This document shows positions 8,876-18,174 of a stretch of DNA of 64,000 bases, piece after piece. The notes below the pieces were generated by a model. The model made no database searches and had not been told where the DNA came from. It saw only the letters and a program-made list of their open reading frames with translations. Numbering within the stretch: position 1 is the first letter of the stretch; every line of letters starts with the position of its first letter. Position numbers and translations under genes: made by a program. Source of the DNA: a bacterium (GTDB taxonomy: Bacteria > RBG-13-61-14 > DATKZS01); the NCBI GenBank assembly GCA_963674965.2, contig CAXXFL010000006.1, positions 1,185,511 through 1,249,510 on the forward strand. Direction: 5' to 3'.

Positions 8876-10288
8876 ATGAAGGCCCATATGATCAACCCTC
8901 CGGCCGCGCTGGGCGTGGACATGGTCAGGGAGGGAAGGTGCATGCAGCGGGCCGGGGCCTGGACCGCCATCTGGTCCCCCATTTCCCTGGCCACCATCGC
9001 GGCCGTGCTCGAGAGGGAGGGGATCGAGTGCCGCCTTGACGACTGCATCATCGAGGGCCTCGGAAAAGAGGACACCCTTAAGAGGGCGAAAGATTTCGAG
9101 CCCGACCTGTTCGTGATCAACACCTCGACCCCTTCGATCGAGCACGATATTAAGTTAGCCGCCGACCTGAAACGCCTTTTTCCCCGGGCCAAGACCCTGG
9201 CCATCGGCATCCACGTGACGGCCCTTCCCGAGGAAAGCATGGCCCTTTGCCCGGACCTTGACGCCATCGTGGCCGGCGAGCCGGAGCTGACCGTCCGGGA
9301 CGCGGCCCTGGCTATCAGGGACAACTCGCCGCTCGAGGGCATACCCGGCCTGATCGTCAGCGGCAAGGACGGCCTTATCCGGGGTCCCGAGCGGGAAAAG
9401 GCCAACCTTGACGAGCTTCCGATCCCGGCCTGGGGACTTATTAAGCGCGAGCTTTACACCATGCCCTTCTCGGGCAATCCGTTCCTGTTAATAGGTACCT
9501 CGCGAGGATGTCCCCATCGATGCGAGTTCTGCGCCGATCCCGTTTATTACGGACACGCCCTGCGCGTGAAGTCGCCGGAACGGATCGTGGACGAGCTTCG
9601 ATACATAAAGGACGAGTACGGGATAAGGGAGTTCCTCTTCTGGTCCGAGTCCTTCACTCTCAAGCGCTCCTGGACCAAGGAGGTACTCGAGCGAATCATC
9701 GAGGCAAATTTGGGCCTGGCCTTCGTGGTCAACTCCCGGACCGACCACGTGGACCTCGAGCTTCTAAAGCTCATGAAAAAAGCCGGCTGCTGGATGATAG
9801 GGTACGGACTCGAGAGCGGGAGCCAGGAAATCCTCGACCGGATGAACAAGAAGACCACCCTCGAGCAGAACGCCAACGCCGTCAGGTGGACCAAGGAGGC
9901 CGGGCTCCAGGCCACGGCCCATACCGTGCTGGGATACCCGGGAGAGACCGCCGAGACCATCAAGAAGACCATCGACTTCGTCTGCTCCTTGCCCCTCGAT
10001 TTCGCCCAGTTCTACTGCGCCGTTCCCTTTCCCGGCTCGAAACTATACCAGGAAGCGATCGAAAAGGGATGGATCGTGGACGCGAGATGGGAGATGTTCG
10101 AGCAGAACTTCGCCATCATCAGCACTCCCGAGCTTCCGGCCGAGGAGATCGCCAAGTGGAGGAGCGTGGCTTACCGCAGGTTTTACTCCGATCCCGGCCG
10201 GGTCTGGCGGGTGCTTAAAAACCAGGTGGGGATAAGGGGACTTCCCAAGTTCGCGAGGATGGCGCTGGATTTCAAGGGCTGGATTTGA
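8876..10288 (+). CDS. B12-binding-domain radical SAM protein
   Basis: TSRGCPHRCEFC (CxxxCxxC), N-terminal B12-binding-like region (GIHVT, GEPE), GLESGSQ and PFPGS. Confidence 0.9.
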   Translation: MKAHMINPPAALGVDMVREGRCMQRAGAWTAIWSPISLATIAAVLEREGIECRLDDCIIEGLGKEDTLKRAKDFEPDLFVINTSTPSIEHDIKLAADLKRLFPRAKTLAIGIHVTALPEESMALCPDLDAIVAGEPELTVRDAALAIRDNSPLEGIPGLIVSGKDGLIRGPEREKANLDELPIPAWGLIKRELYTMPFSGNPFLLIGTSRGCPHRCEFCADPVYYGHALRVKSPERIVDELRYIKDEYGIREFLFWSESFTLKRSWTKEVLERIIEANLGLAFVVNSRTDHVDLELLKLMKKAGCWMIGYGLESGSQEILDRMNKKTTLEQNANAVRWTKEAGLQATAHTVLGYPGETAETIKKTIDFVCSLPLDFAQFYCAVPFPGSKLYQEAIEKGWIVDARWEMFEQNFAIISTPELPAEEIAKWRSVAYRRFYSDPGRVWRVLKNQVGIRGLPKFARMALDFKGWI

Positions 10289-11496
10289 TGGACATTCAGT
10301 GGATGAAGCGCGTGGACGGGTTGGCGGGAAAACCCATCTGCGGAGCGCTGGGCCTTTACGAGAAAAGCCTTGGCAAATCCCGGGGCAAGGCCATCCACGG
10401 GTATGACTCGCCTCCCGCGTCGCTCGCCGGCAAGCCGTCTCCCAGGATAGGCGTCATCAAGTTCTGGGGAATGGGGTCACTAATTCTGGCGGCCCCCATG
10501 TTCCACGCCCTGAGAGTCGGCTTTCCCCGCGCCGAGATACATCTCATCACCCTGGCCCAGAACAAGGGCATCCTCGATCTATTAGGCCTGGCGGATAAGA
10601 CCCATTTCCTGACCCTTCCCGGAAGCGTTCCCGCCATCGGCTCGAACATCGTCTCGCTCTTTTCCCGGGTGGGAGAAATCGGGCTGGACGCGGTCATCGA
10701 CCTCGAGTACCTGTCCCGCTTTTCCGCCATCGTCTGTTATATGACGGGCGCGCCGATCCGGGTGGGTTTCCATAGCTGGGACGTGAGAAGAGGAAACCTG
10801 CACACGGTCAGGCGGGCCTTCAATCCTTACTGGCACGTGACCGACAACTTCCTCAATCTCCAGGCCGCCCTTGGGGGGGAACAGGCGCCCGTCGAGCCGA
10901 TCGGGATCGAGCCGGACCCCGAGGCCCGAGAGGGAGCCGAGAGGCTTCTTCGCGCCGCCGGGGTGGAGGATGGGGAAAGATTGATCGCCGTCAACCCCAA
11001 CGCCAGCACCATGGCCCTGGCCCGTCGCTGGCCGGAGGATTACTTCGTGGATATGGCGGACGGGCTGATCGAAAAAAAACTGGGCCGGGTCGTGCTGCTC
11101 GGGGCCCCCGAGGAGGCGGCCTACGTGGAAAAGGTGGCACAAAGGATCGGGAAGAAAAGGGTCGTCAACGTGGCGGGCAAGTCGACCCTCTCCGACCTGG
11201 TCGGCCTGCTGGCCAGAACAAGCCTCCTCATTACCAACGACAGCGGACCTCTGCACCTGGCCAACGCCCTGGGCACGCCCACCGTGAGCTTCTTCGGGCC
11301 CGAGACCCCCGTGCTCTTCGGCCCCCGAGGCAAAAACAACGTCGTGCTCTACAAGGGCATCGATTGCAGTCCCTGCATCAACATCTACAACGCCAAGACC
11401 GTGCGATGCACCCGTGAGAGGCCCGAGTGCCTGGCGAGCATCACCGCGGACGAGGCCCTGGTAGCGGCCCAGAGAAGCCTGGAGAGTAACGGTTGA
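10285..11496 (+). CDS. Glycosyltransferase family 9 (heptosyltransferase-like)
   Basis: GMGS, RRWP and TNDSGPLHLANALGTPTVSFFGP GT9 signature; C-terminal CSPC...C...C. Confidence 0.88.
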   Translation: MMDIQWMKRVDGLAGKPICGALGLYEKSLGKSRGKAIHGYDSPPASLAGKPSPRIGVIKFWGMGSLILAAPMFHALRVGFPRAEIHLITLAQNKGILDLLGLADKTHFLTLPGSVPAIGSNIVSLFSRVGEIGLDAVIDLEYLSRFSAIVCYMTGAPIRVGFHSWDVRRGNLHTVRRAFNPYWHVTDNFLNLQAALGGEQAPVEPIGIEPDPEAREGAERLLRAAGVEDGERLIAVNPNASTMALARRWPEDYFVDMADGLIEKKLGRVVLLGAPEEAAYVEKVAQRIGKKRVVNVAGKSTLSDLVGLLARTSLLITNDSGPLHLANALGTPTVSFFGPETPVLFGPRGKNNVVLYKGIDCSPCINIYNAKTVRCTRERPECLASITADEALVAAQRSLESNG

Positions 11497-12869
11497 AGGT
11501 CCTGCTTCTCAACCCTCCCGCCGGCGGCGTGGTGATACGCGATTACTACTGTTCCAAGACCACCAAGTCCAACTACCTGTTTCAGCCCATCGACCTCCTC
11601 ATGCAAAGCGGCGTCCTGGCCCGGGACCACCAGGTATCGGCCATCGACGCGGTCGCCCGCCGGATGAGCGTCTCCCACTGCCTCGAGGCCGCGGCCCGCG
11701 AGAAACCCGACGCGGTGCTCGGGTTGTGGGGAGCGGTGACGGACGGACCGGACCACGAGTTCTACCGGGCCCTGGCCAAAGCCGTTCCCGCTCCGATATT
11801 CGTCACGGGCGAGGTCTTTCTTGCCGATCCCGGCGAGTGGCTTCTGGCCAGGCCTTTCATAAAAGGAGCGCTTCTTCGCTTCTCCTCCCCGGGGCTGCTC
11901 GATTATCTGAACGGAAATGGGCCGGGCAAGGGACTACTCGTCAATGAAAACGGCGAGATCAAGGGAGGACCGGACGCCAACCCCGCCCTCGAGTTCAGCC
12001 TGGGCAGGCCGCGGCACGAGCTGTTTGGACACGACGGCTACCGCTTCAGCTTCGCCGGTGGGAAAAAGTTCGCCACCGTGCTGACCGACTTTGGCTGCCC
12101 CTTTAAATGCGGGTTCTGCGTGATGGCGTCCCTTGGCTACTCGACCCGCCCGATCCATGAGGTGATGGAGGAACTCGAGTGGCTTTCTCGGGAAGGGACC
12201 CGCGAGCTTTTCGTGACCGACCAGTGCTTCGGCGCCCGCCGGAAAAGAAGCCTCGAGCTTTGCAAGGCCATGGCCGGGCTGGAGAAGGGCTTCGGCTTTA
12301 CTACCTTTACCCGGGCCGACCTCCTGGACGAGGAGCTTTTATCAGCCATGAAAAGGGCCGGATGCCACACCCTGATAATGGGCGTCGAGAGCGCGGACCA
12401 GAAGACCCTCGAGACCTACGGCAAGGGACTCTCGCCGGAGAAGCTGAGGCAAGGCTTCGAGCTTTGCCGTTCCATGGGGATCAGGACGGTGGCCACCTTT
12501 ATCATCGGACTGCCCGAGGACACCGAGGAATCGATCAGGGCCACCATGAAGCTGGCCCGGGACCTGGACCCGGACTTCGCCTCTTACAACGTTGCCGTTC
12601 CCCGCTCCAACACGGCGCTCAAGGCCGCGGCGGACAAGGAGGGACTGGCGCGAAGCGGGGTCGACCCCGACCAGGGAGGGGAAAGGGCCTCCATGCGGAC
12701 CAGGGCTCTTTCACCCGAGGAGGTCGAGAAGCTCAAAAGAGAAGCGGTGCGGGATTTTTATCTTCGTCCCGGCTACCTTCTAAAGAGGCTGGGCTCGGTC
12801 GGCTCGCCCCTCGCTCTCCTGGCCGAGGCCCGGGAAGGGGCGGCGCTTGTATGGAGAAACTTCAAATGA
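11493..12869 (+). CDS. B12-binding-like radical SAM protein
   Basis: FGCPFKCGFC (CxxxCxxC), GVES and FIIGLP; TTG start overlaps the GT9 stop. Confidence 0.85.
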   Translation: MKVLLLNPPAGGVVIRDYYCSKTTKSNYLFQPIDLLMQSGVLARDHQVSAIDAVARRMSVSHCLEAAAREKPDAVLGLWGAVTDGPDHEFYRALAKAVPAPIFVTGEVFLADPGEWLLARPFIKGALLRFSSPGLLDYLNGNGPGKGLLVNENGEIKGGPDANPALEFSLGRPRHELFGHDGYRFSFAGGKKFATVLTDFGCPFKCGFCVMASLGYSTRPIHEVMEELEWLSREGTRELFVTDQCFGARRKRSLELCKAMAGLEKGFGFTTFTRADLLDEELLSAMKRAGCHTLIMGVESADQKTLETYGKGLSPEKLRQGFELCRSMGIRTVATFIIGLPEDTEESIRATMKLARDLDPDFASYNVAVPRSNTALKAAADKEGLARSGVDPDQGGERASMRTRALSPEEVEKLKREAVRDFYLRPGYLLKRLGSVGSPLALLAEAREGAALVWRNFK

Positions 12870-14433
12870 CGCAAGCAAGGATTGTCGCGTGCGGGTGAAG
12901 ATCGAAACCGGAAGCGGCTCTTTCATTATCGAGGCCGAGCCGGGCGCGAGGCTGGACGACCTTATCCTTTCGGCGGGAATACTTCTGGACCGCCCCTGCG
13001 GCGGGAGAGGCAAATGCGGCAAATGCGCCGTGCGGGCGAAGGGCGCCTTGTCGCCCGTCTCGAGGGCCGAGCGAGACCTTCTGACCGATTCCCGAATCGA
13101 GTCGGGCTACCGTCTCGCTTGCCTGGCCTCGGCCGAGTCGGACTGCGAGGTCCAGGTCGAGGCGGGGACCGTGCTGACGGACAAGACTTTTCAGACCGGT
13201 GAGGACCCGGCGGCAGACCTCGGCCCTCTCGGCCTGGCCATCGACCTGGGGACCACCACGGTGGGCGTTTTTTTGGCGCGGGCCTCGGACGGCAAGGTTT
13301 ACGCCGGGGCCTCGACCTTAAACCGGCAGGCGCCCGTCGGCGCCGAGGTCATGAGCAGGCTGGCCGCGGCGGAGGAAGACCCGAGGTCCCTTATGGACAT
13401 GGCCTGGGACGGCGTGATCGAGGCCGCTTCCCTTCTCGGACTCGATGAAAAGGCGCGCCTTATGGTGAGGACCGCCAACCTGGTTGGAAACTCGGCCATG
13501 CACCATCTGGCCCTGGGCCTGCCCATCCAAAAGCTGGTCCGTTCCCCCTTCGAGCCTCACTCGGTTAAGGCCTCGGAGGTTGACGCGGGGGGATTGAAGG
13601 AAATGTTCCCGAGCCTCGAGCGCGTGTGCCTGCCGCCGCTGATAGGAGGGTTCGTCGGCTCGGACGCCCTCGCCTGCATCGTGTATTTCGGGCTGGGCAG
13701 GGGAAACGAGACGGCGCTGGTACTGGACCTCGGGACCAACGGCGAGGTCATGCTGGCCTCGGGCGGGGAGATCATGGTGGCCAGCACGGCCGCGGGCCCG
13801 GCCTTCGAGGGAGTCAACATCGAGAAGGGGGTAAGGGCCGTGCCCGGCGCGGTGACCGGGGTATCGATCAGCGAGGGAGCGCTGAGGCTCGACTCGATCG
13901 GAGGCCTCGAGCCGATGGGACTGACCGGCTCGGGGCTCATCTCCGCCGTTAAGGCCCTTCGCGACCTCGGCCTTATCGACGAGTCCGGCGCCTTGTGCCC
14001 GGACAACGGCGGGTCCGTATCCCTCGAGGAAAAGGAGGGCGTGAAAAGGGTCATGCTCTCCCGCGAGGTCTGGATATCGCAGCTCGACGTGAGAGAGCTG
14101 CAAAAGGCCAAGGGCGCGGTGAGGGCCGCCATCGAGATACTGCTGAACAAGTCGGACAAAAGGCCCGCCGACCTGGAGCGGGTGATCCTGACGGGCAGCT
14201 TCGGCGGCAGGCTCGACCCGAGGGACGTGCTTTCCCTTGGCGTTCTTCCGGAGGTCCGCGCCGGCGTGATCAGGTCCATACCCAACGGCGCCGGCATGGG
14301 GGCGGCCATTATGCTCGAGCCGGAAAGGGCCAGGGAGGCGGAAATCACCGCGGCCCGCGCCCTTCACGTCGAGCTCAGCCTTGATCCTCTCTTCATGGAC
14401 AGGTATGTTTCCAATATGCGTCTTAGCCCGTGA
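12847..14433 (+). CDS. ASKHA-type ATP-dependent corrinoid reductive activator (RACo/RamA-like, DUF4445) with N-terminal [2Fe-2S] domain
   Basis: CGGRGKCGKC...RLAC ferredoxin motif; DLGTTT, GGFVGSD, DLGTNGE, AAGPAFEG, Q.DVRELQKAK and GN. True start may be GTG 12889 or 12895. Confidence 0.88.
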   Translation: MYGETSNDASKDCRVRVKIETGSGSFIIEAEPGARLDDLILSAGILLDRPCGGRGKCGKCAVRAKGALSPVSRAERDLLTDSRIESGYRLACLASAESDCEVQVEAGTVLTDKTFQTGEDPAADLGPLGLAIDLGTTTVGVFLARASDGKVYAGASTLNRQAPVGAEVMSRLAAAEEDPRSLMDMAWDGVIEAASLLGLDEKARLMVRTANLVGNSAMHHLALGLPIQKLVRSPFEPHSVKASEVDAGGLKEMFPSLERVCLPPLIGGFVGSDALACIVYFGLGRGNETALVLDLGTNGEVMLASGGEIMVASTAAGPAFEGVNIEKGVRAVPGAVTGVSISEGALRLDSIGGLEPMGLTGSGLISAVKALRDLGLIDESGALCPDNGGSVSLEEKEGVKRVMLSREVWISQLDVRELQKAKGAVRAAIEILLNKSDKRPADLERVILTGSFGGRLDPRDVLSLGVLPEVRAGVIRSIPNGAGMGAAIMLEPERAREAEITAARALHVELSLDPLFMDRYVSNMRLSP

Positions 14434-14476
14434 GGGCCTTATAATAACAGGAAAGCTAAAAAAAGGAGGACGCTGT

Positions 14477-15973
14477 ATGAACCAGCTCAAGGTAATTTTA
14501 GGCAAGGGTGACATCAAGCGGGCCGAGTGCGACGCCCTTGGTCTCATGTTCGTGGAGGACGAGCTTAAGTTATCTCTTGCCGGACGAGCGGCCGACCAGG
14601 CCACGCGGGGCGCGGTGAGCAAGCTTCTCGACAAGGGCTTCACGGGCAAAAAAGGAGAAGTCGAGACCATACTCACCGGCAAGTCCTCTCCCTTTGACAA
14701 GGTGATCGTAATCGGGCTGGGGAAAAGAGACAAGCTCGACCTCGAGAGCTACCGCCGGGCGGGCGGAATGCTTATCGCTTCCCTTTCCAAGGGCCAGAAG
14801 CTCCGGTGCCACGTCGAGATGCGGGACCCCTTCAAGGCGGGCATGACCCTGGACGACATTACCCGGGCGGTGGTGGTGGGGGCCATCAATAAAAACTACA
14901 GGTTCATAAGGTACAGGGGCAAGGACGCCAGGCCCGGTCCCGCCTCGGTGCTGGCCCTTTTCGGGGAATCGAGGGTGGTCTCGCGCGGCATCTTGAAGGG
15001 CGTGGTCAGCGGGGAGGCCCAATGTTTCTCCCGCGACCTGGTCAACACTCCCTCGGCGGACCTTACTCCCGATCTCTTCGTCACCGAGGCCAGGGCCGTC
15101 GCCAGGCGCAACGGCTTCACCATCAAGGTCTGGAAGGAGGCCGAGCTTAAAAAGGCGAAAATGAACGCCATCCTGGCCGTGGGACAGGGCAGCCATAATC
15201 CTCCACGTCTGGTGGCCATGACCTATAACGGCGCCAGGCGCAAGACCCCCGACCTGGTGCTCGTGGGCAAGGGCATTACCTTCGACTCAGGCGGCATCTC
15301 GCTCAAGCCTTCGGCGAACATGGAGGAGATGAAGGGCGACATGACGGGCGCGGCCGACGTCATGGCGGCCCTCGAGGCCATGAACAAGCTCAAGATCAAG
15401 CTCAACGTGGTGGGAGTCCTGGCCCTGGCCGAGAACATGCCCGGAGGCGGGGCCCAGCGGCCCGGCGATATAATCCGCTCGGCCTCCGGCGTCACCATCG
15501 AGGTCAAGAACACCGACGCCGAGGGAAGGCTGGTGCTGGCCGACGCCCTCCATTTTGCCACCACCCTCAAGCCGAAGATAGGCATCATCGACCTGGCGAC
15601 CCTGACCGGGGCCTGCACTATCGCGCTGGGCAGCCAGGCCATCGGCCTCATGGGCAACGACGAGGACCTGCTCTCGAAGATCGGGGCCGCGGCCCTGGCC
15701 TCGGGAGAGCGCACCTGGCTCCTTCCCCTCTGGGACGAGTACGAGGAGCTCATCGAGGGCAAGGTGGGAGACATTATCAACACCTCGAACAGAAGGGAGG
15801 CCGGGACCATCGTGGGCGGCATGTTCCTCAAGCACTTCGTTAAGGACTTCCCCTGGGCGCACCTCGATATCGCCTCGGTCATGTGGACGCCCAAAAACGG
15901 GTCCTACCTCGCCGCCGGGCCCTCGGGCAAGGGAGTAAGGCTTCTTATCAGGCTGGCCGAGAGTCTGCAATAG
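14477..15973 (+). CDS. pepA: Leucyl aminopeptidase (M17)
   Basis: GKGITFDSGG, MKGDM, NTDAEGRL, ATLTGA and WAHLDIA; AGGAGG RBS before ATG 14477. Confidence 0.93.
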   Translation: MNQLKVILGKGDIKRAECDALGLMFVEDELKLSLAGRAADQATRGAVSKLLDKGFTGKKGEVETILTGKSSPFDKVIVIGLGKRDKLDLESYRRAGGMLIASLSKGQKLRCHVEMRDPFKAGMTLDDITRAVVVGAINKNYRFIRYRGKDARPGPASVLALFGESRVVSRGILKGVVSGEAQCFSRDLVNTPSADLTPDLFVTEARAVARRNGFTIKVWKEAELKKAKMNAILAVGQGSHNPPRLVAMTYNGARRKTPDLVLVGKGITFDSGGISLKPSANMEEMKGDMTGAADVMAALEAMNKLKIKLNVVGVLALAENMPGGGAQRPGDIIRSASGVTIEVKNTDAEGRLVLADALHFATTLKPKIGIIDLATLTGACTIALGSQAIGLMGNDEDLLSKIGAAALASGERTWLLPLWDEYEELIEGKVGDIINTSNRREAGTIVGGMFLKHFVKDFPWAHLDIASVMWTPKNGSYLAAGPSGKGVRLLIRLAESLQ

Positions 15974-16066
15974 TAAAGAAAATTATATTCGCGGCCCCGG
16001 CGGCCGTAAGGGCGTCCTTTGGCCCGCTCGCGACCGAGCGGGCCAATGAGCGTCAGGAGACAAAAA

Positions 16067-17245
16067 ATGACGACTAACGTGAAAAGGTATTATCGGTTAT
16101 TCTTGCTCGCCGGAGCGGCGGCTATTGGCCTTATCCTGATAAGCTCGGCCCGGGCCGGTGAGGACGCGGAAAAAAAATCCGAAGCGGCCGCCGAGGCCCC
16201 CGCCAAAGCCCCGGCAAAGGAAGAGACAAAGGAGGCAAAGAAGCCGCCCAAGCCGGTGGAGTGGAAAATACGGTATAACGTCCGGACCGGCAGCATGCCC
16301 AAGGGGGTCGAGCTGTCGCCCGACGGCAAGGAGGCCTGGGTCACCAATTTCGGGAACGACCGGGGCAAGAACATCTCGATCTTCAATCCCGCGGACGGCA
16401 AGGTCATTACGACCATGTCCTTTTCCGGCCGCGCCGTGGAGACGGCCTTCTCCAGCGACGGCAAGGTCGTCTACGTCTCCAATTTCGACAAGGGAACGCT
16501 CATGGAGATCGACGCGAAGGCCCGCAAGGTCTCGCGCGTGGTCAAGGTTGGGACCAACCCCAAGATCGTCACCATCTCTCCCGACGGGGGGACCATCTAC
16601 GTGTCCAATTGGACGACCAACGACGTGTCCATCGTGGACGGGCCAAGCTTCAAGGAGACGGCCCGGGTGAGGGCGGGGCACAACCCGAGGGGAAGCGCCG
16701 TGGACGCCTCGGGCAAGTACCTTTTCGTGGCCAACTTTAACGGCCACGACATGTCCGTCATCGACTTGGCACAAAAGAAAAAAATCAAGACCATCGCCAT
16801 GCATAAGCACCCCCGCCACGTAACGGCCACGCCCGACGGCAAGTGGATACTCTGCTCGAACATGGGAAGCGCGTCATGCGAGATGGCGGCGATCGATCCC
16901 GTCTCGCTCGAGGTCAAGCACTGGGTGAAGGTGGGCAGGGGCCCCAAGGTGATCAAGGTCTCGCCCGACTCGCGTTTCGCTTTTATCGCGGATTACTACG
17001 GCCACGACGTGTCCATCGTGGACCTTACGAAGATGGAGCTTCTCGAGACTATTCCCGGCCTGGGCAAGGCATGCTGCGGCCTGGACCTTTCAAAGGACGG
17101 CAAGTCCCTCTTCGTCACCTCCTGGTACTCGAACCAGCTATGGGCCATCGACGTAATCTACAACCCGGTCAAAGATGAAGTGAAGAATCTAAAAGACGAG
17201 AAGGAAAACGGCGGCAAGCAAAGCGCGCCGGGGAAGAGTAATTGA
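16067..17245 (+). CDS. YVTN/YncE-family beta-propeller protein, exported
   Basis: Repeated SPDG..(W/Y)V(T/S)N blades; signal peptide followed by an Ala/Lys/Glu linker; AGGAG RBS. Confidence 0.85.
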   Translation: MTTNVKRYYRLFLLAGAAAIGLILISSARAGEDAEKKSEAAAEAPAKAPAKEETKEAKKPPKPVEWKIRYNVRTGSMPKGVELSPDGKEAWVTNFGNDRGKNISIFNPADGKVITTMSFSGRAVETAFSSDGKVVYVSNFDKGTLMEIDAKARKVSRVVKVGTNPKIVTISPDGGTIYVSNWTTNDVSIVDGPSFKETARVRAGHNPRGSAVDASGKYLFVANFNGHDMSVIDLAQKKKIKTIAMHKHPRHVTATPDGKWILCSNMGSASCEMAAIDPVSLEVKHWVKVGRGPKVIKVSPDSRFAFIADYYGHDVSIVDLTKMELLETIPGLGKACCGLDLSKDGKSLFVTSWYSNQLWAIDVIYNPVKDEVKNLKDEKENGGKQSAPGKSN

Positions 17246-18108
17246 ACGAAAAGAAACCCGAGATAAAATTTCGGGACCTGGGCGACGCCGCGATCGAGTA
17301 TCTTGATTACGGCGGGAACGGCCCGGCGGTGGTTTTGCTCCACGCCACCGGTTTCCTTCCCTGGACCTGGCACCCCATCGCTCGGGAACTGTCGGTGGAC
17401 CATCGCGTGATCGTTCCATATTTTTGCGACCACCGCGAGGCCGAGCCGGACGAGGGACTGAGCTGGGTCGTCCTGGCCGACGACCTCGCCCGGTTCAGCG
17501 AGGGCCTGGGCCTGCGGAAGCCTTACCTGGTCGGCCATTCCATGGGCGCCACGGTGGCCACCATTTGCGCGGCAAGGAGCGGACTCTCGGTTTCGGGCAT
17601 GGTGCTGATCGAGCCCATTTACCTGCCGTCTCCCGTTTACAGGATGGACATGAAGGTTGACGACCACCCCCTGGCCCGGCTGGCCATCAGGCGTCGCAAC
17701 GGATGGAGCGGACCCGGGGAGGCCATGGATTACCTGCGCTCGAAAAAGCTGTTCGCGGGCTGGGACGAGGAAGCGCTCGAGCTATACCTCAGGCACGGCA
17801 TGGTCGAGGAAGAGTCGGGAGGACTCACCCTTGCCTGCCATCCCCGCCGCGAGGCTTCCCTCTTTATGGGAAGTCGGGCCATGGACCCCTGGCCGCTGCT
17901 CGCGGACGTAAGCTGTCCCGTGCTGGTGGTGGAGGGCGAGGAAAGCGAGAACCGTCCTTTTATCGACCTTAAAAAGGCGGCCACGGATTTTCCCCTGGGC
18001 GAGCACCGCCTGGTCGAGGCCGCCGGCCACCTTGTCCCCATGGAGAGGCCCAAGGAGGTCCTTGCCCTCATCCGCCGTTTTATCCGGGACAACCCTTCGA
18101 AGGATTAG
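17242..18108 (+). CDS. Alpha/beta hydrolase
   Basis: LHATG, GHSMG nucleophile elbow and AGHLVPME catalytic His. Confidence 0.88.
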   Translation: MNEKKPEIKFRDLGDAAIEYLDYGGNGPAVVLLHATGFLPWTWHPIARELSVDHRVIVPYFCDHREAEPDEGLSWVVLADDLARFSEGLGLRKPYLVGHSMGATVATICAARSGLSVSGMVLIEPIYLPSPVYRMDMKVDDHPLARLAIRRRNGWSGPGEAMDYLRSKKLFAGWDEEALELYLRHGMVEEESGGLTLACHPRREASLFMGSRAMDPWPLLADVSCPVLVVEGEESENRPFIDLKKAATDFPLGEHRLVEAAGHLVPMERPKEVLALIRRFIRDNPSKD

Positions 18109-18174
18109 GGCCCGGGCGTTTTTCGCGCCGCCGACGCGACGAGGCGCCTGCAGGCAGGCCGGCTTCGTTGCCCG

